Shown here: one piece after another, positions 1 to 10,700 of the stretch
Layout of the letters: each line of letters starts with the position of its first letter
Numbering within the stretch: the first letter of the stretch is position 1
DNA from: an uncultured delta proteobacterium
GTDB lineage: Bacteria; Myxococcota_A; Polyangia; Haliangiales; Haliangiaceae
Reading direction: 5' to 3'
Assembly (NCBI GenBank): GCA_963848295.1
Contig: CAWKDB010000011.1
Coordinates: 448,001 to 512,000 of the forward strand
DNA: 64,000 nucleotides
Position numbers and translations under genes: made by a program
The notes under the pieces: model-generated
What the model saw: the letters and a program-made list of their open reading frames with translations, nothing else
What the model was told of the DNA's origin: nothing
Databases searched by the model: none

Positions 1-1915
1 ATGACGCTCCGGCCACTCGCCGACGCGATCGCCGCCGGGCCGCTCCTGATCGACGGAGCGATGGGCTCGCTGTTGTACGAGCGCGGCGTGCTCCACACCC
101 GGAGCTACGACGAGCTCAACCTCGCCCAGCCCGAGCTGATCCGCACCGTGCACCGCGACTACGTTCAGGCCGGCGCGGAGATCATCGAGACCAATACGTT
201 CGGCGCGAATCGGCTCGCGCTCGCCCGCCACGGCCTGGTCGAGCAGGCCGCGCAGATCAATCGCGCCGCGGTCGAGCTCGCGCGCTCGGCGGCCGGCGAA
301 CGCGCGTACGTCGCCGGCGCGGTCGGCCCGAGCGGCATCAAGTTCCACATCGCGACCGCGTCCGAACGCAAGCTCGCGCGGTTCGCGCTCGCCGAGCAGA
401 TCGATACGCTCGTGCTCGCCGGCGTCGACGCGATCTTCCTCGAGACGTTCACCTCGATCCTCGAGATGGAGGTCGCGATCGACGTCGCGAAAGAGCGCGG
501 CCCGAGGGTGCCGGTCGTCGCGATGATGGTGTTCGACGCGCAAGCGCGCAGCGACGGTGGCCTGGGCCCCGCCGAGATCGCGGATCGCCTGATCGCGGCG
601 GGCGCCGACGTCGTCGGCGGCAACTGCGGCATCGGCCCGGCCGAGCTCTATCAGGTCACGACCTCGATGGTCGGACGCGGCCGGCCCGTGATCGCGCAGC
701 CGAACGCAGGGCTGCCCGCGTCGGTCGAGGGCCGCACGCTGTACGTCGCGAACCCCGAGCACTTCGGCGTGTTCGCGCGCCGGATGTTGAAGAGCGGCGT
801 CCGGCTCGTCGGCGGTTGCTGCGGGACGACTCCCGAGCACACGCGCGCGATGCTCGGCGCGGTCCGCATGCTGCGCGGCGAAAAGATCGAAGAGCGCACG
901 CGCCCGGCGAGCATTTCGATCACGACCGCGCCCGTTGCGGCGCCGATCGCCAAGACCGCCGCTCGCGTCGCGCAGTCGGCTCGGCGCGCGGATCGCGAGC
1001 GGCGAGTTCGCGGTGTCGGTCGAGCTCACCGCGCCGACCGGCCTCGACCTCGACAAGACCAAGCAGCAGGTCGAGCTGCTGCTCGCCGGCGGCATCGATA
1101 TCGTCAACATCGCCGACGGCCCGCGCGCGTCGGCGCGGATGGCGAACATCGCCGTGTGCGCGCGGCTCGCCGCCGAGACCAAGGTCGAGCCGATCCTCCA
1201 CGTGTGCGCGCGCGACCGCAGCTTCCTGGGGCTGGTCGCGCACCTGCTCGGCGCGCAGCGCGCTCGGCCTCCGCGACCTCGTGATCATCACCGGCGATCC
1301 GCCGAAGATGGGCGACTATCCGTTCTCGACGCCGGTCTACGACGTCGATTCGGTGGGCCTACTGCGCATCGCCGCGGGGCTCAACGCCGGCGTCGATCCG
1401 GCCGGCAAGGAATGCGAGCCGACGTCGTTCGTGCTCGCGACTGGCGCCGAGCCCGCCGCGCACGATCGCGAGCGCGAGCTGCGCCGGCTCGAGGACAAGA
1501 AGGCCGCGGGCGCCGAGCTCGTGATGACCCAGCCGGTCTACGATCCCGCGCACGCTCGAGCGATTCCTCGACGACTGCAAGTCGATCGGCCTGCCGATCA
1601 TGGTCGGCATCCTGCCGCTCGCGTCGCACCGCAACGCCGAGTTCTTGAACTCCGAGGTGCCCGGCATGACCATCCCCGGGGAGTATCGCGAGCGGATGGC
1701 GAAGGTCGGCTCCGGGCCGGCCGCGCGCGCCGAGGGCATCGCGATCGCCCGCGAGGCGCTCGCGCTCGGTGAAGGATCGCGTCGCGGGCGCGTACGTGAT
1801 GCCGCCGTTCAATCGCGTCGACGCCGCGCTCGCCGTGCTCGAGGTCGCGCGCGATCGAATGACTACGACCGATGCGCCGCGGACCACACCCGCTCGCACG
1901 GTAGATCGCGCCTGA
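1..1915 (+). CDS. yitJ: Bifunctional homocysteine S-methyltransferase / 5,10-methylenetetrahydrofolate reductase (YitJ-type); about 4 apparent frameshifts
   Basis: N-terminal HMT motifs (DGAMGS, ETNTFGAN, GGNC, GGCCGTTPEH). The MTHFR domain continues across frames: SVELTAP..NIADGPRA..HVCARDR (935 ORF), ITGDPPKMGDYP..MTQPVYD (816 ORF), GILPLASHRNAEFLNSEVPG (1600 ORF), then GAYVMPPFNR to TGA at 1913-1915. Frame switches near 965, 1258, 1550 and 1767. Confidence 0.9.
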
Positions 1916-2237
1916 CCTCGACCGGCGGCTCGATGATCGCCGGCCACGGCTCGATCACGTGCTGCTCGGTCACGTACAACGCGTTGAGCGAGTGAAACCA
2001 GTAGTCCTCGCGACAGGTCGGCTTCCCGGCCGGCGCCTCGTCGGTATTGCAGGCGTAGAGCGTGCGGTCGTCGATGGTGTAGCAGCCCTGGCCGAGGTAA
2101 TCGACGCGCTCGAGCTTGACCGCGGGATGGCTCGCGCGAAACTCGGCGACGACCTGGTCCTGTGCGTCTCCGAGCGAGCCGCGAACACCGGGCCACGCGC
2201 ATCCGGCGACGACCACTGCGACCCACACGCGCTGCAT
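1863..2237 (-). CDS. Small hypothetical lipoprotein
   Basis: MQRVWVAVVVAGC signal peptide and lipobox; several Cys. No recognisable family. Confidence 0.5.
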   Translation of the reverse strand: MQRVWVAVVVAGCAWPGVRGSLGDAQDQVVAEFRASHPAVKLERVDYLGQGCYTIDDRTLYACNTDEAPAGKPTCREDYWFHSLNALYVTEQHVIEPWPAIIEPPVEVRRDLPCERVWSAAHRS

Positions 2238-2361
2238 CGCCGCAGCATCGCGCGAACCGGGCTTCACCACCGCTAACACACGTTTGCAGCCGTGCGAGTC
2301 CGTGCGTCGGTGCGACGTCCATTCCTGCGCGGCCGGCGCTCGCCAGTGCTAGGGTCCCGCC

Positions 2362-3384
2362 ATGTCCCTGACGCTCGACGAAGCGCGCGCGCTGCACGAC
2401 GAGATCTGCGTGCTGGATCTGCACGCGGACACCGCGAAGCTGATGGACAAGCTCGGCTACGACGTCACCGCTCGCCACGAGCGGCCGATGCCGAAGGTCG
2501 CGAACGTGTTCGGCCACCTCGATCTGCCGCGGATGCGCGACGGCGGCATGGCCGGCCAGTTCTTCAGCTTCTGGACGTCGCCGTATCCCGAGCGCGGCTG
2601 CACCCGCTCGGTCGAGCGCCAGCTCGACGCGCTCGACCACGCGATGGACAAGCATCCCGGCGAGCTCGCATGGACGCGCACCGGCGCCGATGTGCTGACC
2701 GCGAAGACCCGCGGTCAGGTCGCCGCGCTCGGTGGCATCGAGGGGGGGCAAGCGCTCGAGGGCAAGCTCGACGTGATCGAGCCGTTCTCGCGCCGCGGCG
2801 TCCGCTACCTCGGCCTACTCCACTTCTCGGCGAACGCGCTCGGCAAGCCCGCGAAGGGCCGCGGCGCCGATCCGCTGGGCGGGCTCACCGCATTCGGTCG
2901 CGACGTCGTCCGCGAATGCGAGCGCTGCGGGGTGATCGTCGACCTCGCGCACATCAACCGCAAGGGCTTCTTCGACGTGCTCGAGGTCGCGACGCTACCG
3001 GTGATGGTCTCCCACACCGGCGTGCTCGGCGTGCACGATCATTGGCGCAACATCGACGACGAACAGATCCGCAAGGTCGCCGATGGCGGCGGCTGCGTCG
3101 GCGTGATCTACGCGCGGCGCTACCTCGGCGGCGCGTCGATCGAGTCGGTCGTCGATCACATCGCGCACATCATCGACGTCGCGGGCGAGGATGCCCCCGC
3201 ACTCGGCAGCGACTTCGATGGGTTCGTCGTGCCCCCGGAGGGGCTCGAGGACGTCGCCGCGCTGCCAAACCTCACGGTCGCACTCAGCAAGCGCCTGCCG
3301 ATCCGCGCGGTCGAGAAGGTGCTCGGTCGCAACGTCATGCGCGTGCTCGACGCGGTGCCGGCCTGGGGCAAGCTCGCGGCATGA
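2362..3384 (+). CDS. Membrane dipeptidase (peptidase M19, renal dipeptidase family)
   Basis: DLHADT, GIEGG, IVDLAH, VSHTG, RNIDD and LGSDFDG motifs. Confidence 0.92.
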   Translation: MSLTLDEARALHDEICVLDLHADTAKLMDKLGYDVTARHERPMPKVANVFGHLDLPRMRDGGMAGQFFSFWTSPYPERGCTRSVERQLDALDHAMDKHPGELAWTRTGADVLTAKTRGQVAALGGIEGGQALEGKLDVIEPFSRRGVRYLGLLHFSANALGKPAKGRGADPLGGLTAFGRDVVRECERCGVIVDLAHINRKGFFDVLEVATLPVMVSHTGVLGVHDHWRNIDDEQIRKVADGGGCVGVIYARRYLGGASIESVVDHIAHIIDVAGEDAPALGSDFDGFVVPPEGLEDVAALPNLTVALSKRLPIRAVEKVLGRNVMRVLDAVPAWGKLAA

Positions 3385-4481
3385 AGCGCGCGCGGGTTGC
3401 GCTCGTGGCGGTCGTCGCGCTCGGGGGCTGCCCGAAGCACGACCAAGCGCACACCGAGCCGACGACGAAGCACGACGCGCTCGGCAGCGCGGGTGGACTG
3501 AACGGACCGCGCGATGCGGCGGAGCCCGAGCTGCCGCCGCTCGCCGAGGCGGTGATGCCGCGCTCCGCGCTCGGCCTGCCGCTCCAGCCGATCAACCCGC
3601 TGCTCGCGAACTACGTCGCATTCGGCGAAGTGCTGTTCGGCGATACGCTGCTGTCGAGCGATGGCAAGACGTCATGCGCGACGTGCCACGATCCCGACCA
3701 CGGGTTCGCCGGCACCGGCCGGCAGGTCACCGCGAGCGGCCAGCCGAACCTGCGCGCGGCTCAAGCGCTGGTCAACCTGTCGTATGCGATCGCGTTCGGC
3801 TGGGACGGCCGCTCGACCTCGCTCGTCGAGTTCATGCCCGCGCACTTCAAGGGCCAGCTCGGCAACGCGATGGAAGAGGTCGTGGTTCGACTGCGCGGGG
3901 TCCCGCTCTACCGCGCCCACCTCGCCCGGCTGACCGACCAGTTCACGCCGAAGCCCGGAGAACCGGCGCTCGCGACGCCACCGCGCGTCGCACCGGACCA
4001 GCTCGCGCTCGATGCACTCGCGATGTACGCGATGTTTCTCTACAACGGCAACTCGCCGTGGGATCTCGCCGAGCAAGCCGGCACGGTCACGCCCGAGCTG
4101 CGCGCCGGCCACGCGCTGTTCGTCGACAAGGCGCAGTGCGCGGGCTGCCATCCGCCGCCGCTCTACACCGACAATCGCTTCCATCGGCTCGGCTTGATCG
4201 CGTCGCACGACGAAGGCCGCGGTCGCGTCGATCCGGCGCAGACCGGCGCGTTCGCGACACCGACGTTACGCGGTGCTGCGGCGCGCTCGACGTTCTTTCA
4301 CGACGCGAGCGCCAGGTCGCTCGACGCCGCGATCGATTGGCACCTCGCCGGCGGCATCGGCCAGGGCGCCGATCCGAGCATCATCGATCCGGCGCTGCAC
4401 GAGGTCGCGCTGACCCCGGTCGAGCGCGCACAGCTCGGCGCGTTCGTCCGAGCGCTCACCCCGGTCGGCGAGGCGCACTAG
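3381..4481 (+). CDS. Di-heme cytochrome c peroxidase / MauG-family lipoprotein
   Basis: Lipobox LGGC; LFGDTLLSSDGKTSCATCHDP, FGWDGR, second heme motif CAGCH, GAFATPTLR..FFHD. ATGA overlap with the upstream gene. Confidence 0.85.
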   Translation: MKRARVALVAVVALGGCPKHDQAHTEPTTKHDALGSAGGLNGPRDAAEPELPPLAEAVMPRSALGLPLQPINPLLANYVAFGEVLFGDTLLSSDGKTSCATCHDPDHGFAGTGRQVTASGQPNLRAAQALVNLSYAIAFGWDGRSTSLVEFMPAHFKGQLGNAMEEVVVRLRGVPLYRAHLARLTDQFTPKPGEPALATPPRVAPDQLALDALAMYAMFLYNGNSPWDLAEQAGTVTPELRAGHALFVDKAQCAGCHPPPLYTDNRFHRLGLIASHDEGRGRVDPAQTGAFATPTLRGAAARSTFFHDASARSLDAAIDWHLAGGIGQGADPSIIDPALHEVALTPVERAQLGAFVRALTPVGEAH

Positions 4482-4934
4482 ATGTGGTGGAAGCGCGTCC
4501 GTTACGTCCTCGCGCTCACCGCGCTGTGCGCGATCGCGACCTGCCCCGCCGCGAAGCGCGCGTGCGTCGCCGAGCGTCGCGCGCAGGAGGCTGATGATCT
4601 GCTCGACTACCTCGGCGATCGCGTCGCCGAGACCGTGCAGCTCACCGGCAAGGTGCCGCCGCTCGCCGCGGGCCCATCGCCGCAGACGTCGTGCTGCGAC
4701 CAAGGCGGCGCGTGTAGCCCCGACGCGTCGACCTTCGCGACGCCCGCGTGGCGCGCGCTGCGGTTCTCGATCGACAATGACTATCGCTACACCTATTCGT
4801 ATGCGCCGGATCCGGATGGCAGCTCGGCGGTGCTGCGGGCGACCGGGGATCTCGATTGCGACGGCACGCCCGCGCACGTCGAATTACGGATCACGGTGAA
4901 CGGCACCCAGGTCGAACGAACCTGGACGCGGTGA
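4482..4934 (+). CDS. Pilin-like exported protein (myxobacterial GDLDxDG-type globular domain)
   Basis: N-terminal hydrophobic helix, paired Cys (CC..C), WRALRFSI..YRYTYSY..ATGDLDCDG. No class III prepilin cleavage motif. Confidence 0.5.
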   Translation: MWWKRVRYVLALTALCAIATCPAAKRACVAERRAQEADDLLDYLGDRVAETVQLTGKVPPLAAGPSPQTSCCDQGGACSPDASTFATPAWRALRFSIDNDYRYTYSYAPDPDGSSAVLRATGDLDCDGTPAHVELRITVNGTQVERTWTR

Positions 4935-4946
4935 TAGATTCACCGC

Positions 4947-5372
4947 ATGCGTCGCATGCTGTTGATCTCGCTGCTCGCCGTTGGCTTCACCGCGTGCGGT
5001 AAAAACAACCAACCACCACCGCCGACCAGCGGCATCCCGGGGGCGCAACCCGAGTCCGGCCCGCGCCACAAGCGCTCCGGCGCCGCGATCGCGGCCGATC
5101 TGTTCTCGAGCTCGTGCGCCCTGTGCCACGGCGCGACCGGCCACGGCGACGGCCAGATGGCCGCCAACCTCGATCCGAAGCCGCGCAACTACTCCGACCC
5201 CGCGTGGCAAGCGTCGGTGACCGACGACGACATCAAGAAGATCATCCTCGAGGGCGGCGCCGCGGTCGGCAAGAGCAAGATGATGCCGGGTCAGCCGTCG
5301 CTCGCGAAGGAGCCCGACGTGCTCGACGGCTTGGTCAAGATCATCCGCGGCTTCGCCAAGCCGGCGCAGTGA
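4947..5372 (+). CDS. Monoheme cytochrome c lipoprotein
   Basis: Lipobox FTAC; CALCHGATGHGDG; PRNYSD; distal Met candidate in MMPG. Confidence 0.88.
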   Translation: MRRMLLISLLAVGFTACGKNNQPPPPTSGIPGAQPESGPRHKRSGAAIAADLFSSSCALCHGATGHGDGQMAANLDPKPRNYSDPAWQASVTDDDIKKIILEGGAAVGKSKMMPGQPSLAKEPDVLDGLVKIIRGFAKPAQ

Positions 5373-6967
5373 CCCGCGCGATCGTCACGAGCCCGGACGG
5401 CCAGTGGGCTGCCGTGCGCCGGGATCGCGTGATCGCGTTGCACGCGGCTGGCGCTGGCCCGGCGGTCGGTCGGCTCGAGCTGACGAGCGATGACGCCGAG
5501 CTCGCGATGGTCGGCCCGCCGAACGTGCTCGCCGTCCTCACCCGCGCGGCCGACAAGGCGACGCTCACGCTGCACGAACCGCCGTTCCTCGAGGAGGTCG
5601 CGAGCCTGGAGCTCGAGCGCGCGGCGCGGCTCGTCGCGGTGACCGGCACGCGGCTCGCGATCGCGCCGCCTCACGCGACCGCGGTGAAGATCGTGCGGGC
5701 GGCCGGGCGCACCATCGCCTCGCAGGTGCTCGAGCTGGGCTCGACGTTCGAGCTCGCGGTCGGCCTCGACAAGAACCAGGTGTTGTTCTCGCTGCCGCGC
5801 AAGCTCGAGGTGTGGGACGCGGTGTTCGGTCGACCGCTGTTGCGACCGCAGCTGCAACTGCCACCGCCGCCGCGTACGATCGGCGCCGCGGCCGGTCATC
5901 TGTGGGCGGCCCGCCCGGGCAGCGATGAGGTGTTCGTCTATCGCTTGTCGGATGGGCGACCGTTCCGTCACCTCGCCGGCTCTCCGGTCGAGGACGTGAT
6001 CAGTCATCCAGCGTCGCCGGTGGTCGTGCTCGTCACGGCGCGCGGCCTCGTCCGCCTGCAGTGCTACGCCCACAGCCTTCAGCGGCTCGACGACGCCCCG
6101 TGGCGCCCGGGCACGGCGCTCGCACAGCTCGTGGTCGGCGACGACACCAGCCTGCTCGGCATCGCGGCGGACGATGTCGACGGCGAGCCCTGGCGACTCG
6201 CGATCCGCGGGGTCGGCGCGCCCGCAACGGCCGAGCTCGCCGAGGCGGTCCCCGCGGTCAGCGAGCCGACCGGAGCGGACAAGCTGGACGCGATGCGCAG
6301 CCGCGGGACCAGCGCACCGGCGCGCGCGATCTGGCGCGAGGCTCTCGTCGGGTACGGCCAGGAGCTCGCGCGGGCCGGCGGTGGCGCGAGCACGCACCTC
6401 GGCGCGAACGATGTCCCGCTCGTGGCGGTCGACACCGAGCTCGGCCAGCTATCCGAGCGGCTCACGCTCGGGGCTGCCGGGCGGCGCGCGTTGCTCGCGT
6501 TATACGCGTCGTACCTCGTTGGGGAGCCGCGGCTGACGATCGCGAAGCTGGCGCGCGTGGCCAGCGACTGGGCGGAGCCGCTCGGCCAAGGCGAGCTCGC
6601 CACCCACGCGCTGATCGAGCGCGACGGGGGCTGGGTCGCGCTGCACCGGGCGGTCTCGAACCTGCTCGATGGTGCGGCGCCACGCGCGATCCGGATCGTC
6701 GGCGGCGCACCGACCACGCCGCGCGCCGGACTGTTCCGCGTCGCGCGCGACGCCGCGAGCGAACCACAGCTCGTGAGTCAGCTCGGGCGGATCGCAGTGA
6801 TCGACGGTGACCTCGAGACCGCGATCGTCGAAGCGCGAATCCACGGCGCCACGGCGGTCGCGCTCGATCCCCCGGCGCGAGCACCGCACCTGCCTGCCGG
6901 CGCCGGCCTCGTCATCGTCGCCGATGGCGACCTGCCCCGCTGGCTCGCCGCCGTGCCGCCGCTATAG
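5369..6967 (+). CDS. Hypothetical protein (N-terminal beta-propeller-like region, helical C-terminal region)
   Basis: GTG start overlapping the upstream TGA; begins with a TSPDGQW WD-like motif; long open frame. Confidence 0.6.
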   Translation: MTRAIVTSPDGQWAAVRRDRVIALHAAGAGPAVGRLELTSDDAELAMVGPPNVLAVLTRAADKATLTLHEPPFLEEVASLELERAARLVAVTGTRLAIAPPHATAVKIVRAAGRTIASQVLELGSTFELAVGLDKNQVLFSLPRKLEVWDAVFGRPLLRPQLQLPPPPRTIGAAAGHLWAARPGSDEVFVYRLSDGRPFRHLAGSPVEDVISHPASPVVVLVTARGLVRLQCYAHSLQRLDDAPWRPGTALAQLVVGDDTSLLGIAADDVDGEPWRLAIRGVGAPATAELAEAVPAVSEPTGADKLDAMRSRGTSAPARAIWREALVGYGQELARAGGGASTHLGANDVPLVAVDTELGQLSERLTLGAAGRRALLALYASYLVGEPRLTIAKLARVASDWAEPLGQGELATHALIERDGGWVALHRAVSNLLDGAAPRAIRIVGGAPTTPRAGLFRVARDAASEPQLVSQLGRIAVIDGDLETAIVEARIHGATAVALDPPARAPHLPAGAGLVIVADGDLPRWLAAVPPL

Positions 6968-7666
6968 CTTGGTCACGACCGCGGACTTGTTCGTCGCCTT
7001 CTCGAGCTCCGTCTTCGCGTCGTTCGCCGCGTCGAGCGTGCGGTACGAGCCGACTCGGATCCGATAGTACTGCTTGCCGTCGACTTCGCCTGGCGTCACG
7101 TACGCCTGTACCCCGCCGGCGTTGACCGATGACAAGAACGCTTCGGCCTCGCTCTTGTCCTGGAACGACGACAGCTGGAGCGTGAACTTGCCCTTCGGCT
7201 TGTCGGCTTTGTCGGCTTTGTCGGCTTTGTCGGCTTTGTCGGCTTTGTCGGCTTTGTCGGCTTTGTCGGCTGGCTTGTCCGCCACCTTGTCGGCTGGCTT
7301 GTCGGTCGGCTTGTCCGCCGCCTTGTCCGGCGCCGGCTTACTCTGCTTGTCCGGCTTGGCGACCGCCCGCGCCTTCTCGAGCTCGGCGATCGTCTTCTCG
7401 ACGTCGCCGCCGTTCGCGTCCGCGCCGGTCAGCGCGCCGCGAAACGACAGCCCACCGTTGCCCTCGAGTCGATCGAGCGCGGTCAGCGGATCGACGGTGG
7501 CTCGAGTCTGGGCGCGATCGAGGTGGCCGCGCGCCTCGACCCGCCGGCCGACCATCACCCCGAGCACGAATACCAGGCCGACGATCACGGAGCCGCCGAA
7601 GAACAAATAGAAGATCTGGCGACCGTCGAGACTGACCTCGATCTTGTCCTTGTACGCCTCGGTCAT
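6962..7666 (-). CDS. SPOR-domain membrane protein (FtsN/DedD-like cell division protein)
   Basis: N-terminal TM helix, ADK-repeat linker, C-terminal FTLQLSSF...YYRIRVGSY SPOR domain. Confidence 0.85.
   Translation of the reverse strand: MTEAYKDKIEVSLDGRQIFYLFFGGSVIVGLVFVLGVMVGRRVEARGHLDRAQTRATVDPLTALDRLEGNGGLSFRGALTGADANGGDVEKTIAELEKARAVAKPDKQSKPAPDKAADKPTDKPADKVADKPADKADKADKADKADKADKADKADKPKGKFTLQLSSFQDKSEAEAFLSSVNAGGVQAYVTPGEVDGKQYYRIRVGSYRTLDAANDAKTELEKATNKSAVVTKL
7200..7270. repeat. In-frame 9-bp tandem repeat (TTTGTCGGC) x about 8, encoding (ADK)8
   Basis: Directly visible; followed by degenerate 12-bp KPAD/KVAD units to about 7330. Confidence 0.95.
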
Positions 7667-7710
7667 GCCTCCACCGTCCGTGCTTGCGGACCGCAGGGCA
7701 ATTTTTTTGC

Positions 7711-10700
7711 CTACTCCATGATGTTGATGATCGATAACGCGATGGTCTCGATGCGGAACAACTTGCCTTCGGTCGAAGGCAGGGTGACGTCGGTCGAGAT
7801 GTAGTCGCCATCGTCGATCACCCAGATGCTCTCGCTCGGGCCGCGCACGACCTTGATCGGAAAGGCAGGTGCGATCGCGAGCGTGAGCGGCAGGAAGCCA
7901 GCGGTCTGGCGGAACGACAGCGAGTAGCCGTCCGGGACCATCGGCACGTCGTCGAGGCCACCCGCGCGATCGCCGAGGCAGCGCGCGTCGCCGGGATAGG
8001 TCGGATCGACGAGCGTCAGCGTCATGCCGCGGTTATGAAAGCGCAGCGCCGGAGCCGCGCGGGTCTGCAACATCGCGCTGGGGCCGGCGCAGGTCGTCGG
8101 CTGGAACTGATTGTCGACCTCGAACTGGTTCGTGGTGAGCGAGCACGGGTTCGCGTCGTACGTCCCGTCGCCCTTGAGCCCGGTGCGCGGATCCGCGTTC
8201 GGATCGCAGGCAGGTGCGCTCAACGGGATGCGGCCGACCTGGAACGGGCTCGCGGTCGGATCGGTCACGCAGTTGCCAGCGGCATCCGCGATGATCGGGT
8301 GGATGAACCCGGACTGCGTCCCGGTCACGGTGAACGCTTCGCTCGCGCGCAGCTCGAAGCGCTGCGACGAGTTCACGCAGGACTGCGGAGGCTCGATGCC
8401 TTCCATGCACGAGCCGTTCTGACAGACCGTGCCCGCATCACAATCGGTGTCGGTCGCGCACGCCTCGATGCAGCGGCGCAGCGGGTCGCCGTCGGGGCCG
8501 ATGCCCGGCTTGCGATTCGCGTCGGCCTGGCACGCCCAGGTGTGCGTGTCCGGCGCGGTCGTGTCATCGACCGGATCGACCGAGCTGTTGTTCTGCAGGG
8601 CGTAGTCCGCGAGCATCTGGCACTGCGCGTCGCTCGTACAGCCGTCGAGCGGCGACGTCCGCAGCACGTGGGTCCGCGGCAGCAGCACGAGCTCGCCGGT
8701 CGTCGCGTGACCGACCGTGTAGCGGCGCAACGAGATCAGGAACTCTTTGCATGCATCGGCGAGCCGATCGGCTTCGTAGGACAGCATGCACGCGCCGAGG
8801 TTCGTGATCTGGCTATCGGGATGGACGTAGCACGTGTAGCCGAGCGGACAGTCGCTGTCGCCGAGCGTCGGATCGCAGCCGCGGAACTGCACGATGTCGT
8901 ACGGCTCGACGCCGGTCGAGCAGAACGGGCCCGACGGATCCGAAAGCTCCATGCCGTCGCTCGTGACGAACATCTGCGCCTCGCGGATCGGCGGGCCGTT
9001 CGCCGCAGTGTCGATCGTGTCGCCCGAGAGATCGCCTTGATAGGTCAGGGTCCAGGTCTCGTCACTGCGCAGCCCGCGGAGATCCGGGAACTCGAGGTCG
9101 CGGACCGCGACCGGCGCGGAGAACATCAGCTCGGAGATCGGCGTGCCGTTCGGCGCATCGATCTCGCTCTGACACTCCACGGTCCGGATCGACGGCAGCT
9201 CGCCGCTCTTCGCGTTCGATACGTAGCCAGCGGGCAGCGTCGCGGCCGGCGCGACCGGGGTTCGCGGACCGCCGGTGTTGCCGGTCGACGCGTCGGGATC
9301 GGGACCGGCGTTGTCACACACTTGAACCTGCGCGCAGCTCGACCCGGTGCAGCTCGGGTCCTGCTCGGTGGACAACAGGCCGCGCTGTTGGATGCCATCG
9401 CGGAGCTGGTGCGCGAGCGTCTGCGACATCGGGGTCGATAGTGGTGCGCTCTGGTTCTTGTAGTCGGCGAAGTCGTCATCGTCGATGTTGACGATGTACG
9501 AGGCGCCATCGGCCGACGTGACCACCGCGAAGTAGCCGACCAGCTTGGTCGGGCAGTAGGACGGATCGGCGCAGTCGGCGGCGCGCGTGTCGTCGGGATA
9601 GGTATCGACCTTGAACGCCGCGACCGAGGTCGGCGTCGCGTGTCCGACCAGCTCGATGCCGGGTCCGCGAGCCCCGGGGCGGCGAGCCGGCGTCGCCGGA
9701 TCACCGACCGGGAAACACGACAGCTGCTTGACGTCCTGATCGCTGTCGATCAACCGCGGATCGACCTGGGTGTCGCATTCCTTGCGCAGCGACAAGATGT
9801 CCGCGACACGCACGGTGTTGTCGGTCGCGATCGCGTAGACGAACTGGAACTGGCCACCCTTGGCCGAGTCATCGTTGATCGAGCCGTCGCTGCCGCCCAT
9901 GCCGATCTGCGGCGTGATCGCGAGGTTCGTGATGCCGATCGGTGACGTCGGGTCTTGGCTCGAGTACGCGATCTGCGACAGCGACGCCGGCAGGTTGTTG
10001 ATGTCGAGCTCGACGAGCGTGACCGCATTCGAGTTCGGCGCCCCGATCGCGAGTAACCGCCGGCTGCTGTTCGGATCGAGCTGGAGATCGAGCGAGGATG
10101 GCTCGATGCCGGCGGTCGTCACGCCACCACCGCACTCGTCCGGGCACGACAGCGTGCTGACGTCCGGGATGATCGACGGCACGCCCGAGCTGTCGTACGA
10201 GATTCCTGCCTTGACGACGCCGCTCGACAGATCGACCGCGGCGACCAGGTGGCAGCGCGGATACGCGACGTAGACGAGGCCGGTCGCGGTCGCCGGGCAC
10301 TGCACGCCGATCGTGCCGGTCGCCGGCGTGCCGATGATCGCGCTCGGCTTCGCGCGCAGCGCTTGGCCGCTCGAGTTCATCACGGTCAGCTGCGAGACGT
10401 TGACCGCGGGATCGGCATCCAGCGCCGACGTGATGTCGAGCGTCGACATGTCGCACGTGCCGGCGTTCGCGCTCGCGAGGTAGCAGCCGATCGGATCGGT
10501 GGCGATGCCGACCGGTAGCTCGCCGATCGCGATGCCGCTCTTGCCCGGGGTCAGCGGATCCGGATCTTGAACCGTGATGTCACCGCCGGTGAACTCCAGC
10601 GCCGGCTTGGTCAACCAGCTCACGATGCCGACCGTGCCCGGCTCGGACTGCAGGACGAACCCGTACCACTGCACCGCGGGCAGCGGCAGGCCCATCATCG

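Noticed and set aside
1..1915. Calling the frameshifted genes pseudogenes or programmed frameshifts
   Set aside because: All motifs are intact, no slippery heptamers are evident at the junctions, and multiple indels per gene fit sequencing error better.
7697..7711. GGCAA-TTTTT-TTGCC small hairpin between the lipoprotein and SPOR genes
   Set aside because: The 5-bp stem is too weak to call a terminator or regulatory site.
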